Assembly (NCBI GenBank): GCA_031283585.1
Contig: JAITBP010000001.1
Location: forward strand, 20,044 to 52,043
Length of the DNA: 32,000 bases
Direction of reading: 5' to 3'
Source of the DNA: Puniceicoccales bacterium
GTDB taxonomy: Bacteria > Verrucomicrobiota > Verrucomicrobiia > Opitutales > LL51
Below are positions 7,776-16,965 of this stretch, piece by piece; the first letter of the stretch is position 1, and the number at the start of each line of letters is the position of its first letter. Position numbers and translations under genes: made by a program. The notes beneath the pieces were generated by a model. It saw only the letters and a program-made list of their open reading frames with translations, did no database searches and was not told where the DNA came from.

Positions 7776-8978
7776 TCACCTCAGTCTGATTGATCTGCCG
7801 ATAAAATAAAATCCCAGCATGCCTATCAAAATCATCCCCATGGATATCTTACCAACGGTGGCTGGACTGCTCTGGGTTAGCAAAAAGTATCCAATACCTG
7901 GCGATATGAAATTTCTAAGGCCGACCACCGCTGTGTCAGCACTCATATATTCACTTAACTTATTATCTGGGGCTATCTTAGTAACCCAAAGACTCCAGGC
8001 AATTAGGCCGCCGCCGTAGCCTAGGCCGAGGAAAACACTGGCCAGAGCAATGGAAAATGTGTCTCTGGTTGTTAGAAACAATGGAACGCCTATTAGATAG
8101 CATAGATTTACCAATTGCTTCATGGTAACGAATTTGAATCTATCAAAAATTATTCCCCAACACTGGGAACTTATAATTCGCAAAGCAGATGGTATGATTA
8201 CTATAAAGCATGCCACGGTTTGATTGGAAAGATTCATCCCGTATTTTTTATTGACTAGATACTCCACGCGCAATGGTATGGTCATCTGATTGGCGATACC
8301 TATCAATGTCCAGCACAACAGGATGCATCCAAATAACCTGTCCTTCCAAATCAGGTGAAAATTTTCCAATAATTTTCTGCTATTTACATTTGGCAAAGGT
8401 TTTGATGGTATGCCGAGAAATGACAGACCGCATAGCAATGATGCCACAGCAGCAATGGCGAGTACCACTCTGAAGTTTGCTAAGTCTTTATCTAATAATG
8501 CACTACTTATTTCTGAAAAGACCAGGCCAGAAATCGCCATGAAAGTCATCGAAAGACCAAGCCTGGCTCCTCTTTCCTCTTTTGTGTAATTTTGACTATA
8601 GATGTCTATGGTTATGGATACCGGTTGCTTATAGATAAATCTGGAGATTGCCGAGAAGATGAAATACATTTGCCAGCAGTTAGAGATGGCCGATAATGAT
8701 ATTGCTATCGATATAATTAGGAAAAAGATACAGCACATGGTGGTGATTTTTAATCCGGATCGGCAGGTAAGTTTTTGTGTTATTGGTGCCACAAGCATGC
8801 CCGAGAACCCAATGGTTTCGAGCAATGCCTTCATTTCGGTGGGCATATGAAATTGTCTTATTGCTATGAGAAGCATAAGTGTCCTAAACTCTACATCTAC
8901 AATGCCCTGCAGTGCGCATCGGATGGAGTCATGCCTGAACATACGCCTGGACAGCGTTAGTTGATCTGCTTGTTGCAT
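7776..8978 (-). CDS. Polytopic membrane transporter, MFS-like
   Basis: 400 aa with about 12 hydrophobic segments. A DRF(K) loop motif (IIFDRFKF) sits in the second half. The substrate is not identifiable. The start at 8978 overlaps the upstream TPR gene by 22 nt. An alternative ATG is at 8942. Confidence 0.6.
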   Translation of the reverse strand: MQQADQLTLSRRMFRHDSIRCALQGIVDVEFRTLMLLIAIRQFHMPTEMKALLETIGFSGMLVAPITQKLTCRSGLKITTMCCIFFLIISIAISLSAISNCWQMYFIFSAISRFIYKQPVSITIDIYSQNYTKEERGARLGLSMTFMAISGLVFSEISSALLDKDLANFRVVLAIAAVASLLCGLSFLGIPSKPLPNVNSRKLLENFHLIWKDRLFGCILLCWTLIGIANQMTIPLRVEYLVNKKYGMNLSNQTVACFIVIIPSALRIISSQCWGIIFDRFKFVTMKQLVNLCYLIGVPLFLTTRDTFSIALASVFLGLGYGGGLIAWSLWVTKIAPDNKLSEYMSADTAVVGLRNFISPGIGYFLLTQSSPATVGKISMGMILIGMLGFYFIGRSIRLR

Positions 8979-9364
8979 GACTTCGTTTTATTCATTCTCT
9001 TACTAGAAACCATGTCTTTGAATTTTTGACAACTTCTCAGCGAATCTAGATCGGTGTCGTCATTGAGCCATTGCCAATCATTGTAGCCAAGTTCAATGGC
9101 CCGGGTGATCTCCAGAATGGCTCCGGTTTTTTTACCTATCAGCGCTAAGCTACAGGCGAGATTATAATGTGCTATAGGACTTGTTGGATCAAGCTTGACA
9201 TATCTTCTATCCATTTTCACACTCTTTTTCAGATCGCCGCTTTCAGAGTATAACCTGGATAATAGGCGAACAATCTCGATGTCATTTTTCCTTTTTGCGT
9301 AAAGATCTTCGTAAAATTTTTTGTAAAAATCCATGTCGCTAGAGTACATACCGACCTCCATCAT
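8957..9364 (-). CDS. Small cytoplasmic TPR-repeat protein, possibly a T3SS class II chaperone-like protein
   Basis: 135 aa with no signal peptide. TPR-like helices include AHYNLACSLALIGKKTGAILEITRAIELGY. A typical TPR-protein end motif (DDTDLDSLRSCQKFKDMV) is present. It lies immediately downstream of sctC on the same strand. Confidence 0.65.
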   Translation of the reverse strand: MMEVGMYSSDMDFYKKFYEDLYAKRKNDIEIVRLLSRLYSESGDLKKSVKMDRRYVKLDPTSPIAHYNLACSLALIGKKTGAILEITRAIELGYNDWQWLNDDTDLDSLRSCQKFKDMVSSKRMNKTKSCNKQIN

Positions 9365-9432
9365 TACATGATCAGGTTAATGGCTAAAAAGCAAGCACAT
9401 ATTCGTGGATATATTACATATTTTAATAGGTC

Positions 9433-11691
9433 TTACCAGCGACGACGACGACGATGTATGTCCGTAGCCGTGGGTTCCTTCGAATTGGATCCTTCTTCTT
9501 TGGAGGTTGATGTGGATTTTTTGGACAAGTTTTTCAGTTTTTTTTCTGCAATTTTTTCCCTACGTTCTTTTCTACGTTTCTTTAGCTGTTCTTTTTTTTC
9601 TTTTTCCTTACGCTTTTTTTCCTCTTTTTTAGCAGCTCTGTTTTTGATCCTACGTTCTTCTTTGGTGGTCTTGTAGTCTTTTTCTTTGTAGTCATGAAGC
9701 AGGTTAAATTCTTTGGAATCCATGGTTGCTTCGCCGGATAGGTGGCTGTCGTTAAAAAATCTATTATACCTTTTATCCGCCTGGCTTTCTAGCTTTATTA
9801 CCTTTGGGGTGATTAAATATATTCGTTCCAGGATGTTATTGGAATTCATTTTATTTTTGAATATATTTCCCAAAATTGGTATGTCCTTGAGGATTGGTAT
9901 GCCGGTATCACCCTTATCGTGTTGCTCATGGAAGTAGCCACCAATGAAAAGACTTTGGCCTTCGTAGAGCACGGCTTCGGTATTGATAGAACTGGTACTT
10001 GTGGTTGGCGTTCCTGAGGCTCCGAACCTTGGATCTTTGTCCACAGAACCATCGGATACTTCCACGAGTAATTTTATTTTTGGATTCCCTTCTTCGTCGA
10101 ACTCTTCTGGTATTATATGGGGAACGACCACGAGTTTCGTAGAAGCTGTCACATCATATAGGCCCTGGGATTCTTTGCCAGAAACCTGTACATATACGGT
10201 GTTTGAGCGATCTATTACAGCGGCTATGTTATCTACGGTTAACACGGATGGTCTGGCTAGGGTTTGGGCATCACCGGCTTCTTCCAGTGCCTGGATCGTT
10301 GCTGTTAGGGTATAGTTTTTGAAGATACCATTGATACTTGCTTTCGATTTTTCATTATCTGCTGGATTGAACAGGGCTTCCAATCTAGGGCCCTTTAGTT
10401 CTAGGAGATTTGTACCAAATTGCTCTGTAATACCTTTGCGTATGTCTACTATGGCCACATCGATCCTTATGGCCTGCTGGGGCACATCGAGTTGCTCGAT
10501 AAGGTTTCCTAGCAGCTCCATGTCCTGTTTTTTAGCTTTTACGATGACTGAATTTAACCTGGAATCATAGGTTATGAATATATCTTTCCAGGATTTTTCG
10601 ACTTTTGTACCATCATCGCCCTCTTTTGTACCATTACTATTGGTAGCTTTGGTGGCTTTGGAATTTTCATTTTCATCGCTGTTTTTCTTGGATTTATCGT
10701 AGTCGGGCTTAAAGTAATTGCAATTGTCCGTCAGGTCTTTCACCGCCGTGGCCTTATGGACATTCTTACTGTTGATAGCTACACCTATGTTGGTATCACC
10801 GATGGCCCCTGGTTTATTATACAGTAGGGCTTGCAACATGGTTGCGACGCCTGGGATTGTTACAGATCCGCCTTTATAATTAAACGACATGTCGTAGGCC
10901 CAGGCATTTTTTAATCTAAACGATTTTATGTCATAGATATCTGTCATGCGTTCCACAATTATTTTTGATGATAGATCTGAAATAACTTCCATCAGTTTTG
11001 GTGGGCCGCTGACCACCAGTATGCCTGATTTTTCCATGGGTCTAAAGGAAAAATTTGAACTGGAAAACCCTAGCTGGCTCATGACTTTTGCCAAAGAACG
11101 CATTTCGTCCGAGCTCATTTTCCATACATTTGATAGGATTTCGTTGCCTTTGTACACATATAAAATACTGCCATCAAAGAGCCAGGTGAGACCGTAGGCC
11201 TGGGTTATGTCGTGCCAAAATTGTTTCGGCACCACATTGCTAAATTTACCATTTACTATGTCGGTTATCTTCTCACTTACTACCACCTCTACGCCCTGCA
11301 TGGCACAGAAATTTTTTATTAATTCTGTGAGCTGCTGATCCTTGGAGAAATGATAATAGTTAGAATCTTTCCAAGGAATTCCGTCATCGGAGGATTTAAC
11401 CGGACTGACTATCATGCCATAGTCATTTTCTATGGTACCTTGTATTGTGCTGCAGATCAATTCCTTGTCGTCATTAACCTTCTTGGCCTCCTGGCTAGAT
11501 GTTTTTGGGAGGACATTTTCGGTTTTGTTATCGACGGTTTCTTTGGCTTTGTTTACCTGATCGGCTTCAGCTTTATGTACCACGGCTGGTGTCGGTGTAC
11601 CGGATGGGTTTTCACTGGTTTTCTGCAAAGCAGAGGCACATGCATCTGTGAAGAGACATATTAGACATAAGCATGTTGGTATGTAGTTCAT
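9433..11691 (-). CDS. sctC: Type III secretion system outer-membrane secretin SctC (YscC/InvG/CdsC family) with an unusual charged C-terminal extension
   Basis: T3SS-type N0 domain: VVVSEKITDIVNGKF...YGLTWLFDGSILYVYKGNE. Secretin domain: ATIQALEEAGDAQTLARPSVLTVDNIAAVIDRSNTVYVQV ... GIPILKDIPILGNIFK...RIYLITPKVI. I chose the ATG at 11691 (MNYIPTCLCLICLFTDACASA, signal-like). The ORF-track start at 11820 would overlap the upstream gene. Confidence 0.9.
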   Translation of the reverse strand: MNYIPTCLCLICLFTDACASALQKTSENPSGTPTPAVVHKAEADQVNKAKETVDNKTENVLPKTSSQEAKKVNDDKELICSTIQGTIENDYGMIVSPVKSSDDGIPWKDSNYYHFSKDQQLTELIKNFCAMQGVEVVVSEKITDIVNGKFSNVVPKQFWHDITQAYGLTWLFDGSILYVYKGNEILSNVWKMSSDEMRSLAKVMSQLGFSSSNFSFRPMEKSGILVVSGPPKLMEVISDLSSKIIVERMTDIYDIKSFRLKNAWAYDMSFNYKGGSVTIPGVATMLQALLYNKPGAIGDTNIGVAINSKNVHKATAVKDLTDNCNYFKPDYDKSKKNSDENENSKATKATNSNGTKEGDDGTKVEKSWKDIFITYDSRLNSVIVKAKKQDMELLGNLIEQLDVPQQAIRIDVAIVDIRKGITEQFGTNLLELKGPRLEALFNPADNEKSKASINGIFKNYTLTATIQALEEAGDAQTLARPSVLTVDNIAAVIDRSNTVYVQVSGKESQGLYDVTASTKLVVVPHIIPEEFDEEGNPKIKLLVEVSDGSVDKDPRFGASGTPTTSTSSINTEAVLYEGQSLFIGGYFHEQHDKGDTGIPILKDIPILGNIFKNKMNSNNILERIYLITPKVIKLESQADKRYNRFFNDSHLSGEATMDSKEFNLLHDYKEKDYKTTKEERRIKNRAAKKEEKKRKEKEKKEQLKKRRKERREKIAEKKLKNLSKKSTSTSKEEGSNSKEPTATDIHRRRRRW

Positions 11692-11710
11692 ATCATTTAC
11701 ATTGTGCAAC

Positions 11711-12148
11711 TTAGTATGGCTGTAGGGATTGAATTGGTATTTGTTGGGTTGTCGTTGCGTCGGCCCAAAAAGATAGATTAGACACAAAGGATTCGGCTTG
11801 ATGAATGATTTCACAATCATCGATATGCTTTAGTCCAAGCCGCCGTATAATCAGTAGCTTTTGCTGGGCCATATCGATAGAAACCACATCGTTGTTGTCT
11901 TTTAATCGACCAAAATTCCATTGAAGGATTTTTTTTAAAACCGATTCAGATTGTTTGTTGTCCCCAATTGGTTCTCCGACGGTACCGTTAAGTCCAATGG
12001 TGTTATTATCGATTTTGTATACCTTGAGATCGATGGCTTTATCTAAAACAACTTCGTATACACCGCCAATCTCGGTGGCCCAATCTTCGACTCTAAAAAA
12101 TTCCGATAGGATAACAACCGCCTCACTCCACTCCATACGCCAACTCAA
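11711..12148 (-). CDS. Type III secretion class I chaperone-like protein (CesT/SycE fold family)
   Basis: About 141-145 aa, acidic, no signal peptide. The pattern matches T3S chaperones: LKKILQWNFGRL...SIDMAQQKLLIIRRL...ESFVSNLSFW. It lies directly upstream of sctC. The ORF-track start is TTG 12148. An ATG is at 12136. Confidence 0.55.
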   Translation of the reverse strand: MSWRMEWSEAVVILSEFFRVEDWATEIGGVYEVVLDKAIDLKVYKIDNNTIGLNGTVGEPIGDNKQSESVLKKILQWNFGRLKDNNDVVSIDMAQQKLLIIRRLGLKHIDDCEIIHQAESFVSNLSFWADATTTQQIPIQSLQPY

Positions 12149-12311
12149 TTCTGTAATTTAGTGAAAAATATGCAAGCATTCATTGCGTTAAGCTTTAGAA
12201 TATTATTATTTTTATGCCGGCGGTATTATAAATATTTTTTAATGCAGCACCTTATTGTGCAAAACATTATACATTTGTTGCACCTCAGGCATGGGGTTTT
12301 ATTAGGTTTTA

Positions 12312-12340
12312 TTTGCTTTGGTGGCCTAGTTTATTATAAT
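12312..12340 (+). promoter_or_regulatory. Candidate promoter (TTTGCT-N17-TATAAT) for the 12364 gene
   Basis: Perfect -10 TATAAT at 12335-12340 and a weak -35 at 12312-12317. A strong Shine-Dalgarno AAGGAG at 12351-12356 precedes GTG 12364. Confidence 0.35.
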
Positions 12341-12363
12341 TTATTGTAAAAAGGAGATGATCA

Positions 12364-12855
12364 GTGAAATTAAAAATATTTTTACTTTTTAATATGGGAT
12401 TGTGGTTAAATTTAGGTTCTTTGGATGCAGGTATAGAACAATCAGTTGATTCGACAGGAAATCATAGAAACCACAGTAAAAACAGGGTCAATTATAATTA
12501 CTATAATCAGGATCTTCGTCAGCGTATACGCAATAGGATAGCAGGGTTATCGATTAATGAAATTGTAAATATAATTATTGAATATTTATCCATCGGCAGT
12601 GGTGCTGCTTTGAGTTGTGTATTTTTTGATGTGCCCATGGATAGTATTCAAAGTATAATCGGCAGGTTGACCAATCGGCAGATTGTAGATATCCTAGATT
12701 TGGTTATTAACCAAGGGGTAGCAGGTAGTGTTAAAAATATGATCAGGTATTTAGGTATAGAAAATAGGCTTTATGAGATAAGAAACCTGGCTATGGAATT
12801 ACACAGAGACCGGGTTTGGTCATATATAGATTCCGTTAATGAGGATTATATTTAG
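12364..12855 (+). CDS. Hypothetical small exported protein; no recognisable family
   Basis: 163 aa. The GTG start is preceded by AAGGAG at good spacing. The N-terminus KLKIFLLFNMGLWLNLGSLDAG is signal-peptide-like. An AT-rich hairpin with a T-tract follows the stop. Confidence 0.65.
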   Translation: MKLKIFLLFNMGLWLNLGSLDAGIEQSVDSTGNHRNHSKNRVNYNYYNQDLRQRIRNRIAGLSINEIVNIIIEYLSIGSGAALSCVFFDVPMDSIQSIIGRLTNRQIVDILDLVINQGVAGSVKNMIRYLGIENRLYEIRNLAMELHRDRVWSYIDSVNEDYI

Positions 12856-12859
12856 CGAT

Positions 12860-12900
12860 AATATTCATTAGGGTTCAATGAATATTTTGATTATTTTATT
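12860..12900 (+). terminator. Candidate intrinsic terminator (10-bp perfect stem AATATTCATT / AATGAATATT, 7-nt loop, T-rich tail)
   Basis: The arms at 12860-12869 and 12877-12886 are exact reverse complements, followed by TTGATTATTTTATTT. The stem is almost all A/T, so stability is modest. Confidence 0.45.
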
Positions 12901-12974
12901 TGATTAATAAAATCACCGCTGTCCGATCGAATAACGATGGTTAGTTTTTACCCATGAAGGTCCCTTATCCAAGT

Positions 12975-14027
12975 CTAGGCAACTGTTATGGACTTTTCTA
13001 GGTACACATCCTGAATTGTGTTTAACAGAGCAATCCCGTCTTTCAGCGATCGCTGGAAGGCTTTTCTGCCACAGATTAGACCGGAACCGCCGGCTCTTTT
13101 ATTTATTATTGCTGTCATAACGGCTTCCTGGAAATCATTTTTACCCGAAGCACCGCCGGAGTTTATAAGACCAATTTTACCCATATAGCAGTTTGCCACT
13201 TGATAACGGGTCAAATCGATGGGATTATTGCTGGTCAATTTGTCATATACATCATCGTGGGTTTTACCAAATTTTAGGTCCCTGAAGCCACCGTTGGTTG
13301 TGGGAAGCTTTTGTTTTATTATATCAGCCTCGATTGTTACGCCAAGATGGTTTGCCTGGCCGGTTAGGTCTGCCGCTGTGTGGTAGTCTTTTTCCTTTGT
13401 GGAAAAGGCTGAGTTTCGCAGATAACACCACAGGATTGTTACCAGGCCAAGCTCATGGGCATATTCGAAGGCCTTGGTGGTTTCCTGGATTTGCCTGGTG
13501 GATTCATCGGATCCAAAATAAATGGTGGCACCTATGGCTGCGGCTCCCAGGTTATAGGCCTGGCTGACGCTGCCAAAGTATATCTGATCGTGCTTATTAG
13601 GGTAGGTAAGTAGTTCGTTATGATTGAGTTTTACAACAAACGGTATCCTGTGGGCATATTTTCTGCTCAGCAATCCCAGGCATCCAATCGTAGATGCCAC
13701 GGCATTGCAACCACCTTCAATGGCCAGTTTAACTATATTCTCCGGATCAAAATACAGAGGGTTTGGTGCAAAACTCGCTCCGGCCGAATGTTCTATGCCC
13801 TGATCCACGGGCAGAATCGAAGTATAGCCGGTGCCGGCTAGCCGACCTGAGTTTAGGATTCTGGCAAAGTTATTCAGAACAGTGGTTGGCCGGTCGGAAT
13901 GAACAAGAATTCTGTCGATATAATCTGGGCCAGGCAGATGTAGATCCGATTTTTTAATCGCCGTACATTTATGCTCAACTAATTTGTGTTTGTCCCCATC
14001 TATGAAATCTATAATATGCTTGTTCAT
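12975..14027 (-). CDS. fbaB: Class I fructose-bisphosphate aldolase (FbaB/DhnA type)
   Basis: [43 protein letters not shown] and the downstream blocks match the FbaB/DhnA family. The start is taken at ATG 14027 (MNKHIIDF), giving 350 aa, the length of E. coli FbaB. The longer ORF (to 14240) would overlap ppdK by 143 nt. Confidence 0.9.
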   Translation of the reverse strand: MNKHIIDFIDGDKHKLVEHKCTAIKKSDLHLPGPDYIDRILVHSDRPTTVLNNFARILNSGRLAGTGYTSILPVDQGIEHSAGASFAPNPLYFDPENIVKLAIEGGCNAVASTIGCLGLLSRKYAHRIPFVVKLNHNELLTYPNKHDQIYFGSVSQAYNLGAAAIGATIYFGSDESTRQIQETTKAFEYAHELGLVTILWCYLRNSAFSTKEKDYHTAADLTGQANHLGVTIEADIIKQKLPTTNGGFRDLKFGKTHDDVYDKLTSNNPIDLTRYQVANCYMGKIGLINSGGASGKNDFQEAVMTAIINKRAGGSGLICGRKAFQRSLKDGIALLNTIQDVYLEKSITVA

Positions 14028-14097
14028 GAGGTTATGGTATTTGTAAATCAATGGACTTGCAATAAAATAATAAAGTATCAACGGAATTTTGGTTGTC

Positions 14098-16794
14098 CTA
14101 TTTAGCCATGAGATTGGCCTGGGCTGCGGCGATTCTTGCAATGGGAACTCGATTTGGTGAGCAGCTTGTATAGGCCAGACCAATGCGATGCCAGAACATG
14201 ATAGATGCTGGATCTCCGCCATGTTCACCACAGATACCAATTTTTATATTTGGCCTGGTTGCTTTACCACGCTCGCAGGCAAGCTGGATTAGCTGTCCTA
14301 CGCCTTCGCTATCTATCGATGCAAATGGATTCGTTTTTATTATTTCCTGTTCAATATATTCCGGAAGAAATGTGCCGGAATCGTCGCGGCTCATACCCAG
14401 GGCTGTTTGGGTCAAATCATTTGTACCAAAACTGAAAAATTCTGCTGTTTCGGCTATTTTATCTGCTAGCAATGCGGCTCTCGGCAGTTCTATCATTGTG
14501 CCTACGGTATATTTGATATCCAGGCCGGTTTTTTGCATCACGGCCTTGGCAGCCTGATGGATTAGCGTTACCTGAGAATCAAGTTCTTCTTTATAGGCGA
14601 CCAGAGGAACCATTATTTCCGGATTCACCGCTGTGCCGCTTTGAATGACACTGGCTGTGGCTTCAAAGATGGCTGTGGCCTGCATGGTTGTTATTTCCGG
14701 GTAGGTTACGCCGAGACGGCAGCCTCGATGGCCTAGCATAGGATTTAATTCATGCAATGCCTGAACCCGACTGCGGACTTTATCTTCAGGAATGTTAAGT
14801 TTTTTAGCCAAAGCAGCTTGAGTATCTTGAGTATTTGGTAAAAATTCATGCAGAGGCGGATCTAGCAGACGAATTGTCACCGGGAAGCCTTTCATTGCCC
14901 TGAAAATGCCTTCGAAGTCGCCACGTTGCAGCGGTTGTAGTTTATCCAAAGCCCGTTGCCTGTCCTCGGTACAATCGGCCAGAATCATCTCACGCATAAA
15001 ATCGATACGATCTCCCTGAAAAAACATATGCTCGGTTCTGCAAAGACCTATGCCTTTGGCACCCAATGCCACTGCCATGGCGGCCTGTTCCGGCGTATCT
15101 GCATTGGTTCGTATATCTAATTTGCGATATTGATCAGCCCAATTCATCACTGTGTCGAACAGCCTGAATGTGTAGCTCTCTTCAGCCTGCATTGCGCCGG
15201 CTAACACCCGATTTACTTCGGAAGGTATGGTGGTGACCTGGCCAATAAATACCTCTCCGGAAGTTCCGTCGATGGATAGATATTCGCCTTCCTTTATTAT
15301 TGTTTCGCCGACGGAAATGGTTTTTGCCGAGTAATCCATATGGAGCGCACCGGCTCCACAAACGCATACTTTTCCCATTTGTCTTGCCACCAGTGCTGCG
15401 TGAGAACTTACTCCGCCGCGGGTGGTTAAGATACCTTCCGAGGCTAGCATTCCTCTTATATCCTCGGGAGATGTTTCGATCCTGCAAAGTATGGCTTTTT
15501 CACCTCTAGCGTGGGCCTCTTCGGCCGTTTTTGCCGAAAAATATACCTTTCCTGAGGCGGCTCCTGGGCCCGCTGCTAGACCCTGGGCTATTTTCTTTAC
15601 GGCTTTCTTACCGTTTGGATCGAAGACCGGCACCAGTAGAGATGAAATCGATTCAGCTGCTATGCGAGTCAGAGCCATTTCCTTGGTTATTCTGTTTTCT
15701 CCGACCATTTCGACGGCAATTCTAACGGCGGCCATGCCGGTTCTTTTGCCATTGCGAGTCTGCAGCATATACAGTTTGCCCTGCTGGACGGTGAACTCGA
15801 AGTCCTGCATATCCTTGAAATGATCTTCAAGGGTTTGGCATACTTTTACCAGCTGTTCATATACCCCTGGCATATCCTGTTTGAGACCTGCAATGGGCTG
15901 TGGTGTTCTTATGCCGGCAACCACGTCTTCCCCCTGGGCATTGATTAGATATTCTCCATAAAATACTTTTTCACCGGTGGCCGGATTTCTCGTGAAAGCA
16001 ACGCCGGTGGCACAATCGTCACCCCTGTTGCCAAACACCATGGATTGCACATTCACCGCCGTACCCCATTCGGCCGGAATGTTATATTTTCTTCTATAGA
16101 TTATGGCCCGTTCATTATGCCAGGATTCGAACACTGCTCCAATGGCACCACTGAGTTGTTCGTAGATATCCTGGGGGAATTCTCTGCCCGTAGTGCTACG
16201 GATCAATGCCTTGTATTCCTTTATTATTTCGATCAAATCTTCCTGGGACAGCTGGGTGTCATCGGAAACGTTCGCCTTGGCTTTGGCCTTGTCTATTATT
16301 ATTTCGAATGGATCTCTGGAGTGTTCATCCTTGGCATGGACACCCATCACCACATCGCCGTACATTTGAATGAATCTTCTATAGCAGTCCTGGGCAAATC
16401 TCTGGTTATTGGTATTTTTAGCAAGTCCTTCGACGGTTTCGTCATTTAATCCAAGGTTAAGGATTGTGTCCATCATACCTGGCATGGATTCTCGAGCACC
16501 AGATCTGACAGAAAATAGTAGTGGATTAGCTTTATCTCCAAATAGCTTGTCCTGCTGTTTTTCTACATTTTTTATAGCCAACAGAACCTGTTGCCATACC
16601 GGTTCAGGTAGCTTTTTGCCATTGGAATAGTATTCCATGCAGACTTCGGTTGGTATAGTAAACCCTGGAGGTACCGGTAACCCGATCTTTGCCATTTCGG
16701 CGAGATTGGCACCTTTGCCACCAATGATGCTCTTCATAGAAGCGTCGCCATCGGTTTTAATTCCGAATTCAAATATATAATTTTTTGGAGCCAT
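14098..16794 (-). CDS. ppdK: Pyruvate, phosphate dikinase
   Basis: 898 aa. N-terminal ATP-grasp [10 protein letters not shown], phospho-histidine swivel motif [19 protein letters not shown], and C-terminal PEP-utilising TIM barrel ([19 protein letters not shown]). Confidence 0.97.
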   Translation of the reverse strand: MAPKNYIFEFGIKTDGDASMKSIIGGKGANLAEMAKIGLPVPPGFTIPTEVCMEYYSNGKKLPEPVWQQVLLAIKNVEKQQDKLFGDKANPLLFSVRSGARESMPGMMDTILNLGLNDETVEGLAKNTNNQRFAQDCYRRFIQMYGDVVMGVHAKDEHSRDPFEIIIDKAKAKANVSDDTQLSQEDLIEIIKEYKALIRSTTGREFPQDIYEQLSGAIGAVFESWHNERAIIYRRKYNIPAEWGTAVNVQSMVFGNRGDDCATGVAFTRNPATGEKVFYGEYLINAQGEDVVAGIRTPQPIAGLKQDMPGVYEQLVKVCQTLEDHFKDMQDFEFTVQQGKLYMLQTRNGKRTGMAAVRIAVEMVGENRITKEMALTRIAAESISSLLVPVFDPNGKKAVKKIAQGLAAGPGAASGKVYFSAKTAEEAHARGEKAILCRIETSPEDIRGMLASEGILTTRGGVSSHAALVARQMGKVCVCGAGALHMDYSAKTISVGETIIKEGEYLSIDGTSGEVFIGQVTTIPSEVNRVLAGAMQAEESYTFRLFDTVMNWADQYRKLDIRTNADTPEQAAMAVALGAKGIGLCRTEHMFFQGDRIDFMREMILADCTEDRQRALDKLQPLQRGDFEGIFRAMKGFPVTIRLLDPPLHEFLPNTQDTQAALAKKLNIPEDKVRSRVQALHELNPMLGHRGCRLGVTYPEITTMQATAIFEATASVIQSGTAVNPEIMVPLVAYKEELDSQVTLIHQAAKAVMQKTGLDIKYTVGTMIELPRAALLADKIAETAEFFSFGTNDLTQTALGMSRDDSGTFLPEYIEQEIIKTNPFASIDSEGVGQLIQLACERGKATRPNIKIGICGEHGGDPASIMFWHRIGLAYTSCSPNRVPIARIAAAQANLMAK

Positions 16795-16910
16795 AATGAT
16801 GATTAAGAAGCTAAAAATTTGCTAGTAATATTACAAGAAAAATGATGGGAGTAGTTTTGTCATGCTGTTTTTAAAAGTTTAATTATAGTAAAATTTTTAC
16901 AATTTTTTTA

Positions 16911-16939
16911 TTGACAAGAAATAAAATCCACGTTGAGAT
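16911..16939 (+). promoter_or_regulatory. Candidate promoter (TTGACA-N17-TGAGAT) for the 16966 gene
   Basis: Perfect -35 at 16911-16916 and a weak -10 at 16934-16939, preceded by an A/T UP-like tract. If real, it excludes the TTG 16933 start and supports ATG 16966, which follows AAAGGAAAAGGG. Confidence 0.35.
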
Positions 16940-16965
16940 GCCAGAAATTTAAAAAAGGAAAAGGG

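Noticed and set aside
9368-9676. 102-aa plus-strand ORF (F/S/L/R-rich) opposite the sctC tail
   Set aside because: It is the mirror image of the purine-rich K/E/R-coding repeat on the minus strand, and it is low-complexity. The minus-strand frame is continuous with the conserved secretin domain.
11692-11820. 43-codon upstream extension of the sctC ORF
   Set aside because: It overlaps the 3' end of the chaperone-like gene (stop at 11711). The ATG at 11691 begins a signal-peptide-like sequence, as expected for a secretin.
12161-12349. 62-aa ORF in the AT-rich divergent intergenic region between the chaperone gene and the 12364 gene
   Set aside because: It has no RBS and an implausible composition. 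The region contains the promoter-like elements (a perfect TATAAT) for the flanking genes.
14028-14240. N-terminal 71-codon extension of the aldolase ORF, overlapping the 3' end of ppdK
   Set aside because: The extension has no similarity to FbaB N-termini and overlaps ppdK by 143 nt. The internal ATG at 14027 gives exactly 350 aa with the expected N-terminus.
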